From Paraspadella gotoi (lineage: Eukaryota; Animalia; Chaetognatha): DNA of 64,000 nt. Below the pieces are notes generated by a model. That model worked only from the letters and a program-made list of their open reading frames with translations, made no database searches and had not been told where the DNA came from. This document shows positions 41,389 to 54,994 of this stretch, one piece after another (the first letter of the stretch is position 1; each line of letters opens with the position of its first letter). The stretch covers positions 6,801,529 to 6,865,528 of the forward strand of contig CM119267.1 in the NCBI GenBank assembly GCA_051294375.1, written 5' to 3'. The translations under genes were made by a program, and so were the position numbers.

Positions 41389-43329
41389 AATGTGTGATGC
41401 CGGTACGATACGAATTAAAAATCACGCAACCTTCCCGGAAATCAACCTTTTAAATTCAACCAAAAACTCTCACCCGAAAACCAAGCTTCTCTCCTCACCG
41501 ATTCTTCGCTCCTAAACGTTTTGTTCCTAAATGTCCAATGTTCCCAAAATAAAACTTTTTCTCCCGTTCACAAGCCCCTTCAATTGAAACGCTGAAATTG
41601 TTGAACTTACAAACCCAACCTCCCGCTTCCGATAAAGAAAATAAAAAAAACAATCCTGTGGTCTATCGAATCTTGTCTTTCCTTCATACCAACTTTTCCC
41701 CCTATTTTTCCCAAAAACTTATGTATTCCAAATCTAAAAATACGTCTACACTCGATTCCCTTAGTTTCTTTTTAAATCTTCCCTACCCACTTTGTCTTGG
41801 GTTCCTTGTCTCTTAAAAAAAACTGGCGACAGTAAAACTTTTAGCCAACAAACATTTTCGAATCGATTCGAATCTTCAGCGCCGATCTTGTATCTCAACC
41901 GCCCAGCCCTGATGGTGGTCTCCCGCCTAACAACGACGAGTCATGAATCTTTTGCAAGACCCGCCTCCTTCGCCTACCCGACATCCCTTCTAAGCAAGTT
42001 CCTTCCTCAGAGGAAATCTTGAAGCATGTTCGTCAAACAAATCAAGCTGCCAAAGGACGAATGGGTTTTCCGACATCTCCCAATCTCTCTTACGACTTTA
42101 TCATATGGCCCCTTCCACTTCTCTTTGGCGCCAAATACCAAACTATAAACAACTTGCCCATCGATATGCACCGCACCTACAGAAACTTACGTTTTACTTA
42201 CTTTGAGACAAAGGACAATTATCTGACTTCTTTGACAAACGAATTCGAGCAACTCGTTGAAATTTATAATGAACAAATCAACATGTGAACTACGTCGCGT
42301 TGTCTTCGGCGATCGAACCTCCAACAACCACATATATGCCTTGCAACAAAACAACATATGGCTATTCAGCACACGACGAATGGTCAAAGAAAATAGATAA
42401 GAAGATAAGGGAAATGATCTGAGGATTAGCAAGGTGCCACTACTCCGCTAACTGCCACTGCCTATAACAAAACTGCGACAACTTTCATGACCTCACTCCG
42501 ACAAAGTCTACTACGCATATATCAAAATATTACAAACAAAAAATCAATAGATACTAAAAATAACTTCTAGTGACTACGATGACGAAAAGCGACGACACTT
42601 CTCCGACGTTACTGTAACCAACATAAAATCCTATATCACAGACAAAGAGCAAGGAACTTTTTGGCCCATGGCAATTGCGTATTGCAGCACCCAAACTGGC
42701 TAAATAAAGAATATGAAAACAACAGAGTAAAAGTGTCTGAGGCATCTTGCCTCCAACGTGCCGTGTGCGACATGGCGACGCAGACAGAGGGAGTCCAACG
42801 GATCACTCCAGAACTTTGGCCCGCTGATTCAGCATTGATCGGCGCTTTTGGACGCAATCAGCGCGATTTCCGCGGCTCGTCAGCCTCCATGACTACGCCA
42901 TTAACTCTGCCATCCCCCGCGCCATCGAGGCATACTACTGTGACCACCTGTCGCATCATCAAAGAGTGTATGAACAAGTCGCCTCTCTCGGCGCCAAAAA
43001 TCGATTCTCTTTCTGCAAAGGTGTCTTCCCTTCAACCGCCCCCATATTCGCCTCATCGGACGCTCCCGGACGGGCCTATCTTTCCAGCGCCACTTGCCTT
43101 AGGGCGAACCACCGCTCCAAGCCGCCGCTCTGCTTTCAAAACCCGCACCATCCCACAGTTGATGAAATTAAGGTTTGACCCATACGTTGTTCATCAACCA
43201 AGAAGCTGGTGGCGATCTGCGCGCGCGCTAACTTCCGCAAACGCCATCCGACGACAACGAGAAATTATGGCCGTCCTCCACTCCTTTCTTATCATCCACG
43301 CCAACTGACGTAGCGTGGCTTGGGGGATG

Positions 43330-43588
43330 TATGGATGACGCTTTAGGTCACGTGGGTCATGTCTCTGGCCACCGTGGTAACCGCGTGGTTGTTTAGCCAC
43401 TGACCTTGCGCTGAGGACACTTGGGCCGACTTTGGCTTAAAAAGCGGACAGCTCACGATGGTAGACACAACTCGAAATTACTTTCTCGTCACCGTTTATT
43501 ACTGATTAATTTTAACTTCCTTGTTACATTGTATTAAATGTATCCCGTTTAACTTTGTCTCCTTAATCTTAATTATTCACTCGCCATA
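43330..43588 (+). repeat. 3' LTR
   Basis: Direct repeat of 41128-41388, preceded by a polypurine tract. Confidence 0.8.
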
Positions 43589-44656
43589 TATCTATCTATC
43601 TATCTATCTATCTATGTATCTATCTATTAATGTATCCATCATTGGACTTTTCCTTCTCATTTAACAACCTATCTGTTTATCAGTCTTTCTGTCAGTCCGT
43701 CCCTCCATCTGCCCAATCCAAATCCGTCTTTTACTTTTTCCAATATCAATCCATCCCTTCTCTCCCTGTGTGGGCAGCCTCGTTTTTCTCTTCGCCTTAA
43801 TACGTTTCAGTTAAGAAGATTTTCTTCTAAATTTTTCTCTCTCTTTTTCAGTCAAACAGAAGAAGATGGAAAAATAGAGGAGAAAGAGAGAGAGATTACG
43901 CATCGCATCAGCTGCTGCTGTATGTCTAATTACTCCGTACCGTTCTTTGGTCAGATCTGCATGTCATATACCGCGCGTTGGGCGACCAGAAATGTATGAA
44001 ACAATCTCTTATGGCTCATGCTTCGATAAAGTAGATGAGTACGGCGTTGGTCGCGCCATATACGAGATGAGACTGCTTTCTGAGAGAGAAAGAGAGAAGA
44101 GAAGAGACGAGACGAGAGAGAGAGAGAGATTGTCTCCATTGATTTTCTTCGCTTTCCTTCGATGATTCTCATTCATTAAATTCTTTGAAGGAGATTGAAC
44201 TGACGAGGAGGAAGAGGAAGAGGAAGAAGAAGAGTTTAAAAAAGATATCATGAGAGAGAGTGAGCGAGAGAGAGAGAGAGTCGAAGGGAGAAACATTAGT
44301 GGAGATAAAGAAAATAGGAAAAGAGGGAGAGGGAGAGCGAGAGGAAAGAGGGAGAGGGAGAGGTTCACTTGGGCGAAAGTAAATTGACTCTTTTTTTTTA
44401 TCGGTCTCTGCGTGGACATTGAAGTCCGTGTGTCTTTCTCTCGCTCTCTATTTCTCTCAAAACCTTTGATAACAGTAAAAAATGAAATTCGTGGTGTCAA
44501 GGGAAACGCTACGAATTATAGTATTATAGACGGCCCCAAATTGGCGTCGAAAAAGTTTTCTTTCAATGATATAAATATGTGCAAAAAACTGTTTAAATAA
44601 ATGATTTGAAAAAAGAAGGGAAGAGATTCAGGGCAGAATATAAAAACTGGAAGAAG

Positions 44657-44795
<139 letters not shown>

Positions 44796-44909
44796 AAGCT
44801 GAGAAGAGAAAAATAAATAAAAAGTAAGAAAGAGAAAGAAAGAAATAAATATAGATATGAAGATAGAATAAAAGAAAGAAAGAAATAAAGAAAGAAAGAA
44901 AGAGAGTAT

Positions 44910-44947
<38 letters not shown>

Positions 44948-46013
44948 TATATAGAGAAAAAAAAGTGAAAAAAAAGATAGAAAGACACAGAGACAGAGAC
45001 AATAAGAGAAATAAAAGAGAGAGAGAGAGAGAACAAAAGGAGACGAATAGTCAATCTTGTTCTATGAAACGAATTCCTTTCATCGATTTTTCCCTTCGAG
45101 TTAAAATCCGAAGTCGAAAGACAAAGAATGACTTCGATCCTGATTCACGGGAATTTATATCGGCTCAATTTAGTGATTTTGTTTAATTCAATTGAATAAA
45201 TAAGCTAAATAAAAATATATAAATACGTTTTATTTCCAATTCAAAAGGATTAACAATAGCAAACGTTAACCTGACAAAAAAATGGGAACAGTTCAAGTTG
45301 AAGATTGAGCTTAAATGTAGAAGAAAAAAATATTTATTCCTCTACTAATTACTGTATTTTCATAGTATAAGTCACGGAAATAATCTTTTTGAAACATTGG
45401 TATACGTTGCAGCACGTAACTATGTCCATCAGAAGCCTAAATATAATTTTGAATGTCAAAGTAGAGATTAAATTTTGAGCGTTTATCAAGAAAAAAAAAT
45501 GTAACATTTAATATTTTAAGTATTTTAAAAGAATTTGTGTACATCCAACGAAATTTATTTCGCAAAGACAAAACATTTTTCGGCTCGGTTGTTAGCCTTC
45601 ATCAGCGCAAAATAATTTGTGTTGAGTTTAAATCGGAACAAACTTTTATACAGCCTATTTTTTCCCACACTAATAGCTAAAAAAAAACAGTTAATTTTAG
45701 TAATAAAACACTCAAATGAGAATTTTTTGCCGACAAACAAAAAGAAAAGACAATAAAAAACATCATATATATTTTTTTCTCGAACAAAATAGCATCTTCG
45801 ATTTATCGTTGGTTTGAGCGAAGGGCGAAGGGAAGGTCATCTATCGTTTATTGCGTCGAACATCAGCAGCGCCCTCCTGTGTCCTGACATCAGAACCAAC
45901 AATAACAATGACGACAACAGCGGCGAGTCACAACTTGTGAAGAGGCAAGAGGGGGGGGAAACGTTGGACGAAATGTGCAAAGCGGATGATTTCCTATGGG
46001 AGAATTTAGTCTG

Positions 46014-46057
<44 letters not shown>

Positions 46058-46317
46058 CTCCTCTCTCTCTCTCTCTCACGTCTCCTTCCTACCGGCCGAG
46101 TCTTTATTACTTTATTTTTTTCAAGAGGGCGAGGGCCATTTTTTTTTCCGGACGAGAATTATTGTCATTACATCTTGTGATAACGAAAGAGGGCGAACGG
46201 AAGAGACGAAAGAGAAGAAAAGAGAAAGAGATACTGGTGGATATTATGAAATTGGTACAACCAATATATAAGATTAGGGATAGTCAGATTAGTCTTTCCT
46301 TTCCTTTTATTTTTTTT

Positions 46318-46357
<40 letters not shown>

Positions 46358-46361
46358 TTTT

Positions 46362-46425
<64 letters not shown>

Positions 46426-46602
46426 TATTCTTTCTTTCTTTCTTTTTTTCTTTTTTCTTTCTTTCTATCTCTCTATCTATTATTCGATATCCCAACATAA
46501 AAATCCAATAAGACGCCGTGTAAACGGCACGCGCGGCGAGTAAACTCGGAAATAAACAAAGACAACAGAAGAAGGAAAAGAAAACAATGTCAACCTTTCC
46601 GT

Positions 46603-46674
<72 letters not shown>

Positions 46675-46676
46675 AA

Positions 46677-47515
46677 GGGGACCAAGTGACCAGGGGAGGT
46701 AAAAAGCTGAAAGCATAACGTTTAACCCTTTAATTTAAGCTGGTTCTGACTATATGATTCTTTTTTTTATAATCATTTGGGAAAGTAGTTAAAAAATTCG
46801 ATATAATCAGCTTGCTTAATTTTTTTTTTTAAATCGGTAAGAAGAAAATCTTTTTCAAATTTATAATTTTTTTTTTTAAAAAAGGATAAGATCTAATTTT
46901 AAAAAGATTTTCAGCTTTTATAACAAAAATTTATAATAAAAAAAACTCAGAATGAATCAAAATTTAAGGTATCGACTGATTTTTTTAAAACTTTTTTTAA
47001 AAGATTCTGTTAATTGGATAAAAATAAAACTCTTTGAAGTAATATAAATATAAAAAGAAGATAAAGGTTCTGTACTTTTGCTATATTCTTAATTATTATA
47101 ATTAGGAATTAATATAATTTAATAATACATATAAGGGATGAATATGAATATTAATTAATAGTTATTACAGTTTTATTTCTATAAGAATACAATTTAAGTT
47201 TGATTTTTCTGCTTTTCAGTGAATATAAAAATAAAAAGCTTTTGTTCAATAACGCTTAATCCTAAAATTGTAGCTTTATACAATAAAAAATAAAAATTTG
47301 GAATTTAGTAAAAAATATTTTCAAATGTAAAAATAAAATAATAGATCATATACATATTTAGGTAGGATTAACTAAATTTTTGTTTCTGCTACAATAAGAG
47401 ATAGGAATTTTTTAGCCACTTTCTTGTGTAAAGAAAAATTAATGATTATCACCATTCAAATTCCTTTGATGATAGACCCTTAAGCTTATGATATCATTTT
47501 TTTCACTGGGTCCCC
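46677..47515. mobile_element. Kolobok-type non-autonomous DNA transposon (MITE), 839 bp
   Basis: TTAA|GGGGACCAAGTGA ... TCACTGGGTCCCC|TTAA: 13-bp TIR with 1 mismatch, TTAA target duplication, RR...YY termini, AT-rich noncoding interior. Confidence 0.72.
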
Positions 47516-47885
47516 TTAAAGCTATTTCTTTCCCTTTTCTTTTTTGTTCTCTCGCTTTTCTATCCTTTTTTTATGTTTAATTCAATATTCTGTTAATGTA
47601 AAGTTACCATGACTGTAATATTTTAGTTTTTAAGAAAAAATGTACATAGCCTTTACGTTTCTTATCAATAATTATAAAAGTATATACATGTAACTTAATT
47701 GAAATTCATCTCTGCTCCGTCGGAGGAGACCGTGGGAGAAAAACAACAAACAGAAAGGCAACATCAAACGAACTTGCGGGAGAAAACAACTAAACAAATA
47801 TACAATACAATACGAACTTACAACACGGTGAAAAATGTATAGACATTCGATAACCGTAGTTAATATGCAATTTCAGAAACACCTG

Positions 47886-47968
<83 letters not shown>

Positions 47969-47990
47969 TAATAATATTAATAATAACAAT
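47886..47990. repeat. (AAT)n microsatellite
   Basis: Directly visible; similar (ATT)n at 15830-15930 and 18480-18570. Confidence 0.95.
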
Positions 47991-48175
47991 TATAATGTAT
48001 CATTCTTATACAGATATATACCCCTGTTATAATAATAAGGAATGATAATGATAATGATAATAATTCTAGCTTTTTCAGACACATCTTGCCTTACCATTCA
48101 TTCGGCTTCCAGTTTTGAGAAAAGCGTTTTGAATAAAGAGCAAAATCCAAACTTAATGTGTCTCTCACTCTCCTT

Positions 48176-48235
<60 letters not shown>

Positions 48236-48493
48236 ATCTCTCTTTTATGGTTTGGTTTTCTATGCCATAATCTAGAATCGTTCTCTCCATTCGATAGACT
48301 TTTTCTCTCAGTTAAATTAAAGAAAAAAAATAAATTTTATAATTTTTTTTTTTTGAGTCTTCGACTTTGGCGGCCATTTTGAAAAAAAAAGTTTTCTTTT
48401 CAGTTTGAGCAAAAAGATAGGGATTGAGGGAAAAAGGTTGGGGAATTCGTGATCTGTCTTAGATCAGGGAGAGAGAGATGAGAGAGAGGAGAG

Positions 48494-48541
<48 letters not shown>

Positions 48542-48835
48542 AAGGCAGCGCGGGGAAAAAGAACGCCAAAGATAAACTGCAATGAAACTGGTGGTGCATT
48601 GAAAACAGGAGAACAAACGGTTTGAGGAAAAGAAAAACCAAGAGAGGGAGAAAGAGCGAGATAGACAGGATAACAGTGAGTGAGAAAGATAGAAAAAGAT
48701 AGCAAGAAGAGAAAAGAAAGAACGTGGAAAGCAAGAAGGATAAAAAGAAAGTAGAAAAAAAAGAAGGAAAAAATACGGCAAAGTAAACAAAAGGGAGAGA
48801 CAATGAGGAGAAAGAGGGAAAAAAGACAGGGAAGA

Positions 48836-48942
<107 letters not shown>

Positions 48943-49054
48943 AGAGAGAGAAGAGAGAGCGAGACAAAGAGACGACATAAATCTCGATTTCCAGGGAAAC
49001 GTGGAATTTTCTTTCCGGCAGTAAAATGTAACCGAATCGCCATTGGTATTTTTT

Positions 49055-49163
<109 letters not shown>

Positions 49164-49724
49164 GAATCCGGATCTGGCGCTGAGCGACCAGTTTTTATTT
49201 AATTCCTCCGTTTCATTATTAGCTACATTATTATTAGTAATAAGGCGTTAACGAAAGAAACTTTTGTTAACTAAAATCTTTGGCTCTTTTTCGTCGTCGT
49301 CATCATCTCTTCCCTAATTCGTTTTGATACAGAAATTTCTACCTCAAGAAAAAAAAGGAAACCCACCCATTCTATCTTTGGTTTCTCCTTTTCTCTCTTC
49401 CATTTTTTTCCTTTTTTCCATTTCTCTTTTCCTTTTTTCCTCCTTTTTTTTATCGTTCCTTCATTCATTTCTTTTCTTTCATTTGCAAGAATTTACATTC
49501 TAAGCCTCCCAGTAATTTCCACCTGGTGAAAGGAATCCGCCCAACCCCGAAAACTACCCAAGCTACCAGTTCTTTTCTTTTTTTTCTTTTCTTTTCTTTT
49601 CTTTCTTTTTTCTTTCTTTTTTTCTTTCTTTCTTTCTTTTTTTTTTCTTTCTTTCTTTCTTTCTTTTTTTGGTTGTTTCCCATTTTCGCTTCATTTCACC
49701 CCTTCTTCCCGTTTCACCAATTTT

Positions 49725-49823
<99 letters not shown>

Positions 49824-50042
49824 TTGTCACTTTTTCCTTTAACCCAAGACCTTTTATACTAAATTTCAAATATTACATAACTCTCTTTCCTAAACGTCTA
49901 GACTCACCTTCTTTCTCGATTCCGAGTTCAGCCATCATTTTCGGTTTTCCCCCCGCATTTTCCTTTCCTTACCTCACCCACCTCCCAAGTTTCCTTACCT
50001 TCCTCATCCACCACCCCCCTTCCCCAACCTTCCCTCATCCAC

Positions 50043-50320
50043 ACACAATGTTATATTTGAAAATGGGCCTCCAGGTTAACGCCCTGCTCCTTCCTCCGTC
50101 CGCCTATCTCGTTCACAATGTTATATTTCTAAAAAAGGCCTCCAGGTTAAACTGCCCTGCTCCTTTCCTCCACGTCCGCCTATCTCGTACACAATGTTAT
50201 ATTTTGAAAAAGGGCGTCCAGGGTTAACGCCCCTGCTCCTTCCTCCGTCCGCCTTATCTCGTTACACGAATGTTTATTATTTGTAAAAGGGCCTCCAGGT
50301 TAACGCCCTGCTCCTTCCTC
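50043..50320 (+). repeat. ~70-bp minisatellite, ~4 copies
   Basis: Unit cacaatgttatatttgaaaa-gggcctccaggttaacgccctgctccttcctccgtccgcctatctcgtt. Confidence 0.85.
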
Positions 50321-50975
50321 CCCCTTCCCTTCCTCTAGAATTTTCAGTCTTTGTCGTTTCCGTCCATATTTTCCCGATTCCTCTCTCCCTGTTTCGCACG
50401 ACTGCCATTTTGCCATTTTTGCCATTTTTGCCATTCTGGGCGAGGAGAGAACCTTGGGTTCTTCATCCATCCTAATCCTCGCGACTCGACGGCGTCACCT
50501 CGGGAGAATCCGCGCGGAAACGGACAAACGGACGAACGGACGAACGGACTGCGCGTGAATGGACTTCCGCGGACGGATTGACTCGAGGGAAAATATTGTC
50601 TCCCTTCGGAATGTAATAGTGATTAGTGATAGCGAATAGTGATTAGTGAATAGTGATTATCAACTCTTTCAGACAGTGAAAATTAGCGAAAATGAACTGT
50701 GTACGGACAGAGGGACAAATACATGCCTACAGAATATGTGCACTGTTGATGTTGAGTGTTTACGGATGACAGTAAAAAAGCAAGAACCCTGATTTCACAT
50801 TTCGCTTTTCAGCGACAGCGAGGCGACGACAAATCTCTCTACTCTCTTCTATTTTTTGTGTGTTTTTTTTTCGCACCATACGATTCGAAATTTAAAGTCA
50901 AATCTGTCATTTCGAAGTACAAGGATTATTATTTTAAAAACCGATACCACTTTTTGCGTTCGATTCTCTACTTTA

Positions 50976-51200
50976 AGCTCCTATCTTTGGGGCTCCTCTC
51001 ATTCCAGCTCCCATCCTTCCAGCTCCTCTCATTCCAGCACCTCTCGTTACCTGCTCCTCTATTCTCAGCTCCTATCTTTCCGGCTCTTCTCTATCCAGCA
51101 CCCCTCGTTTCTTGCTACTCCCTTTTCGGCTCCTATCTTTCCGGCTCCTCTCTTTCTGGCACCCCTCATTTCCTACTCCTCTCTTCTCAGCTCCTATCTT
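50976..51200 (+). repeat. ~15-bp degenerate minisatellite (ccagctcctctcatt / cggctcctatctttc)
   Basis: Periodic gctcct motif. Confidence 0.75.
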
Positions 51201-51325
51201 TCTTCCTCGTCCTTTTTCGCTTCCATCGCCAAATCCTGAAAGAGGGAAATGATTAGGGCGATAAAAACAGAAATGGAACCGCTATACTTTTCCCCCGTTC
51301 CTGAGGACATCTCCAATGTGCCCTT

Positions 51326-51445
<120 letters not shown>

Positions 51446-52013
51446 TCCATCGTAATCTCGCGCTTTTATTGCTACCGTCGCCATTTTAAGGATTCCACGA
51501 AAAACGATTAATTTTTGTGAGCTAAAATCTTTTTTTTTTCTTGTCGCTCATCTCCTTACGAATCGTTATGTTTAACAATTTACGCTACGTACAGAGTCCT
51601 ACAACATTTGAGAAATAGAAATAGAAATTGAAATAGAAATAGAACAACTCCAGTGGAATAGTAAAACAATTAAGGGGCGTCCAGGGTATTGCTATAATAT
51701 TATATTGTAAGATATATGGAAGCCTCAATTCACCACAGATTGTCTAAAGTCAGGGGAAAGATAGTTGGTCAAATTAGTAGTACCAGAAATCATCAGAAAT
51801 CGTATAATAAATAAAAAATAACAACTTTTGCAAGATAACCGAATCAAAATGGATTATTTTACGCTATCGTCGTGTCAGACGGTTTCCATCGGATTGAAAA
51901 CGAGAGAAAAGAAAAAAAAATATAGATAAAACAAAAGACGTCTTCGTAGTGATTTATTTTTCGAAGAACTGAAGGAAAAGACTGGAGGCCTCTGGCGGGA
52001 AAGAAATCAAAAC

Positions 52014-52074
<61 letters not shown>

Positions 52075-52423
52075 AGGAGAGAGAGAGAGAGAGAGAATGG
52101 AGAGCAAAGATGAAAAATGGTAAATAAAGGAAATGTTAATGGCGGTCGATTGAGGAAAAGAAAAATGGAGGCTTGTTTATTTTCTTCGGGTTTTTTTTTC
52201 GGTGGAGGATGAAAGATGAAAGAGGGGAGGGGAGGAAAGGGAGGAAAAGGGAGGAAAGAAAGAGAGAAGGAGGAAAGGAGGAAGGAAGGGAGAAAAGGGA
52301 GAAGAAAGAGAGAAAGGAGGAAAGGAGGGAAGAGGAAGAGAAAGAAGAAGTTAAAGTGGAGGAAAGGAAGATAGACGGAATGGGAAAAAGAGTGATGGTC
52401 TTAGAGAGAGAGAGAGAGAGGAG

Positions 52424-52482
<59 letters not shown>

Positions 52483-53152
52483 TAGATAGAGAGAGAGAGA
52501 TAATGAGAAGAGAGAGAGAGAGAGAGAAAGGGAGAGAGAGAGAGAGGGAAAATCTCGCTGACTCCATATTCATAATAATTCATGCTCTGTTGTCTCCACA
52601 GAAAATTCGAAAGAGAGTGAAGTTTAGATTACATTTTTTCCCTTTTTTTTTGTCGATAATGTTGACTCGTCTCAGTTTTAATTAAAATTCTTCTTTATTT
52701 ATTTTTTCTCGGATCAAGTTCTTCCCATTATTTATTTTTTTTAATTATTTGGTCGTCTTCATTCTTTTCTTGTAATCTCCGTTCTAGATCTTGTTAATAT
52801 CCCATATTTTATTCGCCTCGAATATATATTTAATAAGTCAGCCTCAACTAAATACGTTTTAATAATTCATTTATTGAGCAGTATATATTTTTCTCGGTGA
52901 AATCATCATAAAGATTTTTGTCCTCAAATCGTTTTGTCAAAATATCATTACAGGAGATACAGAGATAGAACCGGATCAAAGACTCGGGGTGAAATCAACG
53001 AAATGGAATCAAGCTCTCTGATTGGTCGAGACCCGAAAGGAATCGGCCAATAGGCGGATGGGCTTAAATGATATCATCGCATCGATGTCGGTTCCTTGCG
53101 CGTCGCCGATTTTCCCGCCATGAATGACTAATTGTCATTTTGGTTGAGCTTT

Positions 53153-53216
53153 AATCGTAGCCTCGATCCCAATGTTCGTCAAAATCGTAGCCTCGATCCC
53201 AATGTCCGTCAAAATC
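53153..53216. repeat. 30-bp tandem duplication overlapping the DSD stop codon / 3' UTR start
   Basis: aatcgtagcctcgatcccaatgtYcgtcaa twice. Confidence 0.85.
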
Positions 53217-53331
53217 CGCGACATGGTCGATACCGACCAACGATTCTGCCGCCGCGCTGAACCCAGTAGAAGGGGAACATCCCCGCTGTGGCGCAGGAGT
53301 TGAAAGGGATGAAACTCAATTTGCTTCCGAT
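53209..53331 (-). CDS. DSD1: DSD1-like exon 10 ([13 protein letters not shown]...RPCRGF*)
   Basis: tttcag acceptor, TGA stop at 53211-53209; family-like C-terminus. Confidence 0.9.
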   Translation of the reverse strand: MGSKLSFIPFNSCATAGMFPFYWVQRGGRIVGRYRPCRGF

Positions 53332-54961
53332 CTGAAATAAAAAAGTACAAGTTTCATTTTTATTTTTGATCGTGGGCCGGAAATATTTAAAAAGATTGTC
53401 CGAGAAAATTATCCTCTATCTAATTTAAACTATTTTCACAAAAAATTTTATAGAATATTATTATTTTGATTAATATCTTTTAAATGACTCTTCAGTCTTC
53501 AGTCTTCAGTCTCTTCAGTCTTCACTGTAGTCTGGGTCGTTATAAATGCTAAGACGAATGCCAGACATCATTCGTACATTGCGTCAGGCGGCTCAAGTTT
53601 TTATGGATCACGGAAACAACTACGAAGTAGAAAACTAATTACTCAGTTGTGCTTGCAAATATGATCATAATCATGATCGGGTTTAGAAGATTCTCACCGG
53701 ATATTTATCGAATTCGACTTCTCCTTCCAACGAAGTCACAAATCCGATCTCTTGAGTCATCTTCTTCATCTTCAGCTCCGGATGATCTGCGAAATGAAAG
53801 AGTGTGGACGCAACAAGTTTCAGAGTAAGAATAATTTATTCTTCAACAACGTTATAAACAATAACAGTCAAAAATGCTCAGATGCTAAGTCTATTACAAT
53901 GGTATTTACAAAGGTCAACGTTTGACCATAAAGGTCAACGTTTTGACCATAAATAAGTTGGGGGGGAATTGAGCGAGGTAAGTTCAGTAAGGTCAAGTGG
54001 TTTGACTGAGGTTGCGTGTTCTAGATGTTCGTCCACAAGAGATTCTTTTATTTTCCGCTGGTATTTATTTATTTATATTCTTCCTTAAGTAAGTCTAGAA
54101 CATAACCCGAGTCAGAGGGAAAATACTTATTGATTACGAAAAAACGTGTTTTGTGGTCGTATATTCACACCACCTCACGTCCACGATCGTTCAGCCAATT
54201 CCATTGGCTCAAAGAGAAAACACACCATCCCAGGCGTAGTGTTCCATCCACAGTCGTAACGACTTCCCTCTGCGTTGGCAAAGTGACCCCGTTCTAAGGT
54301 AACCGCGCCAGTTTCTAGATGCGTCATTGAGGGTCGGAAGCCCCCAAAGCCAACAGTGAGATGCCCCATGCCAATGGGCATCACAGGCTACCCGGGTCTT
54401 GCCATAGTTAAACATTTTTACTACCTTTTACCTTTTAATAAAAAAGTCGTAAGACCTTGTCTTAATTTCCCGCTATGCTTGGTTCGGTGCCTTAATCCAA
54501 AGTAATGAATCATTACTAATGATGCAAGCGAGTATATTTATCATGATGAAAATTTACCGGGTGAACAAAAATTTATAACTCGCCTGGTCACCAATAACTG
54601 GCAAGAGAGTACATTAACATAGTCTGGTTGCATATCATTTAACACCTATCATCCAGCCCTCCCTCCCACATCACGTTTCTTGCCTTCAATGTGACAATAC
54701 CCCTGCACTACGTCGTCGCATGTGTGCAGCGTCAGGGCGCAGGCGCCGCAGTCGACGAGCAGGACGTTCTCCTCCTTCCGGTGGCTGATGACGGAGGTGG
54801 CGACTCTGACGGCGACGTCGTCGAAGGAACAGGAGCCGGCGAGGATTTCCGCGAAATCGTTGAAGACGTAATTGCCCGGATGAACTTCAGTCATTTCGTG
54901 GATGTTGGGCGGAGGTTTACTGCAGGTGGGCGTGGAGCCGATTCCCCACAAGTCGCCTGTC

Positions 54962-54994
<33 letters not shown>

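Larger units (their letters stand above)
41128..43588 (+). mobile_element. Non-autonomous LTR retroelement (~2.46 kb) inserted in a (TATC)n microsatellite
   Basis: Two ~260-bp direct repeats (41128-41388 and 43330-43588) with inverted ends TATGGAGAC...GTCTCCA(A)TA; PBS-like TGTGTGATGCCGG at ~41391; purine tract GGGGGA just before the 3' LTR; (TATC)n on both flanks; no recognisable RT or integrase. Confidence 0.8.
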
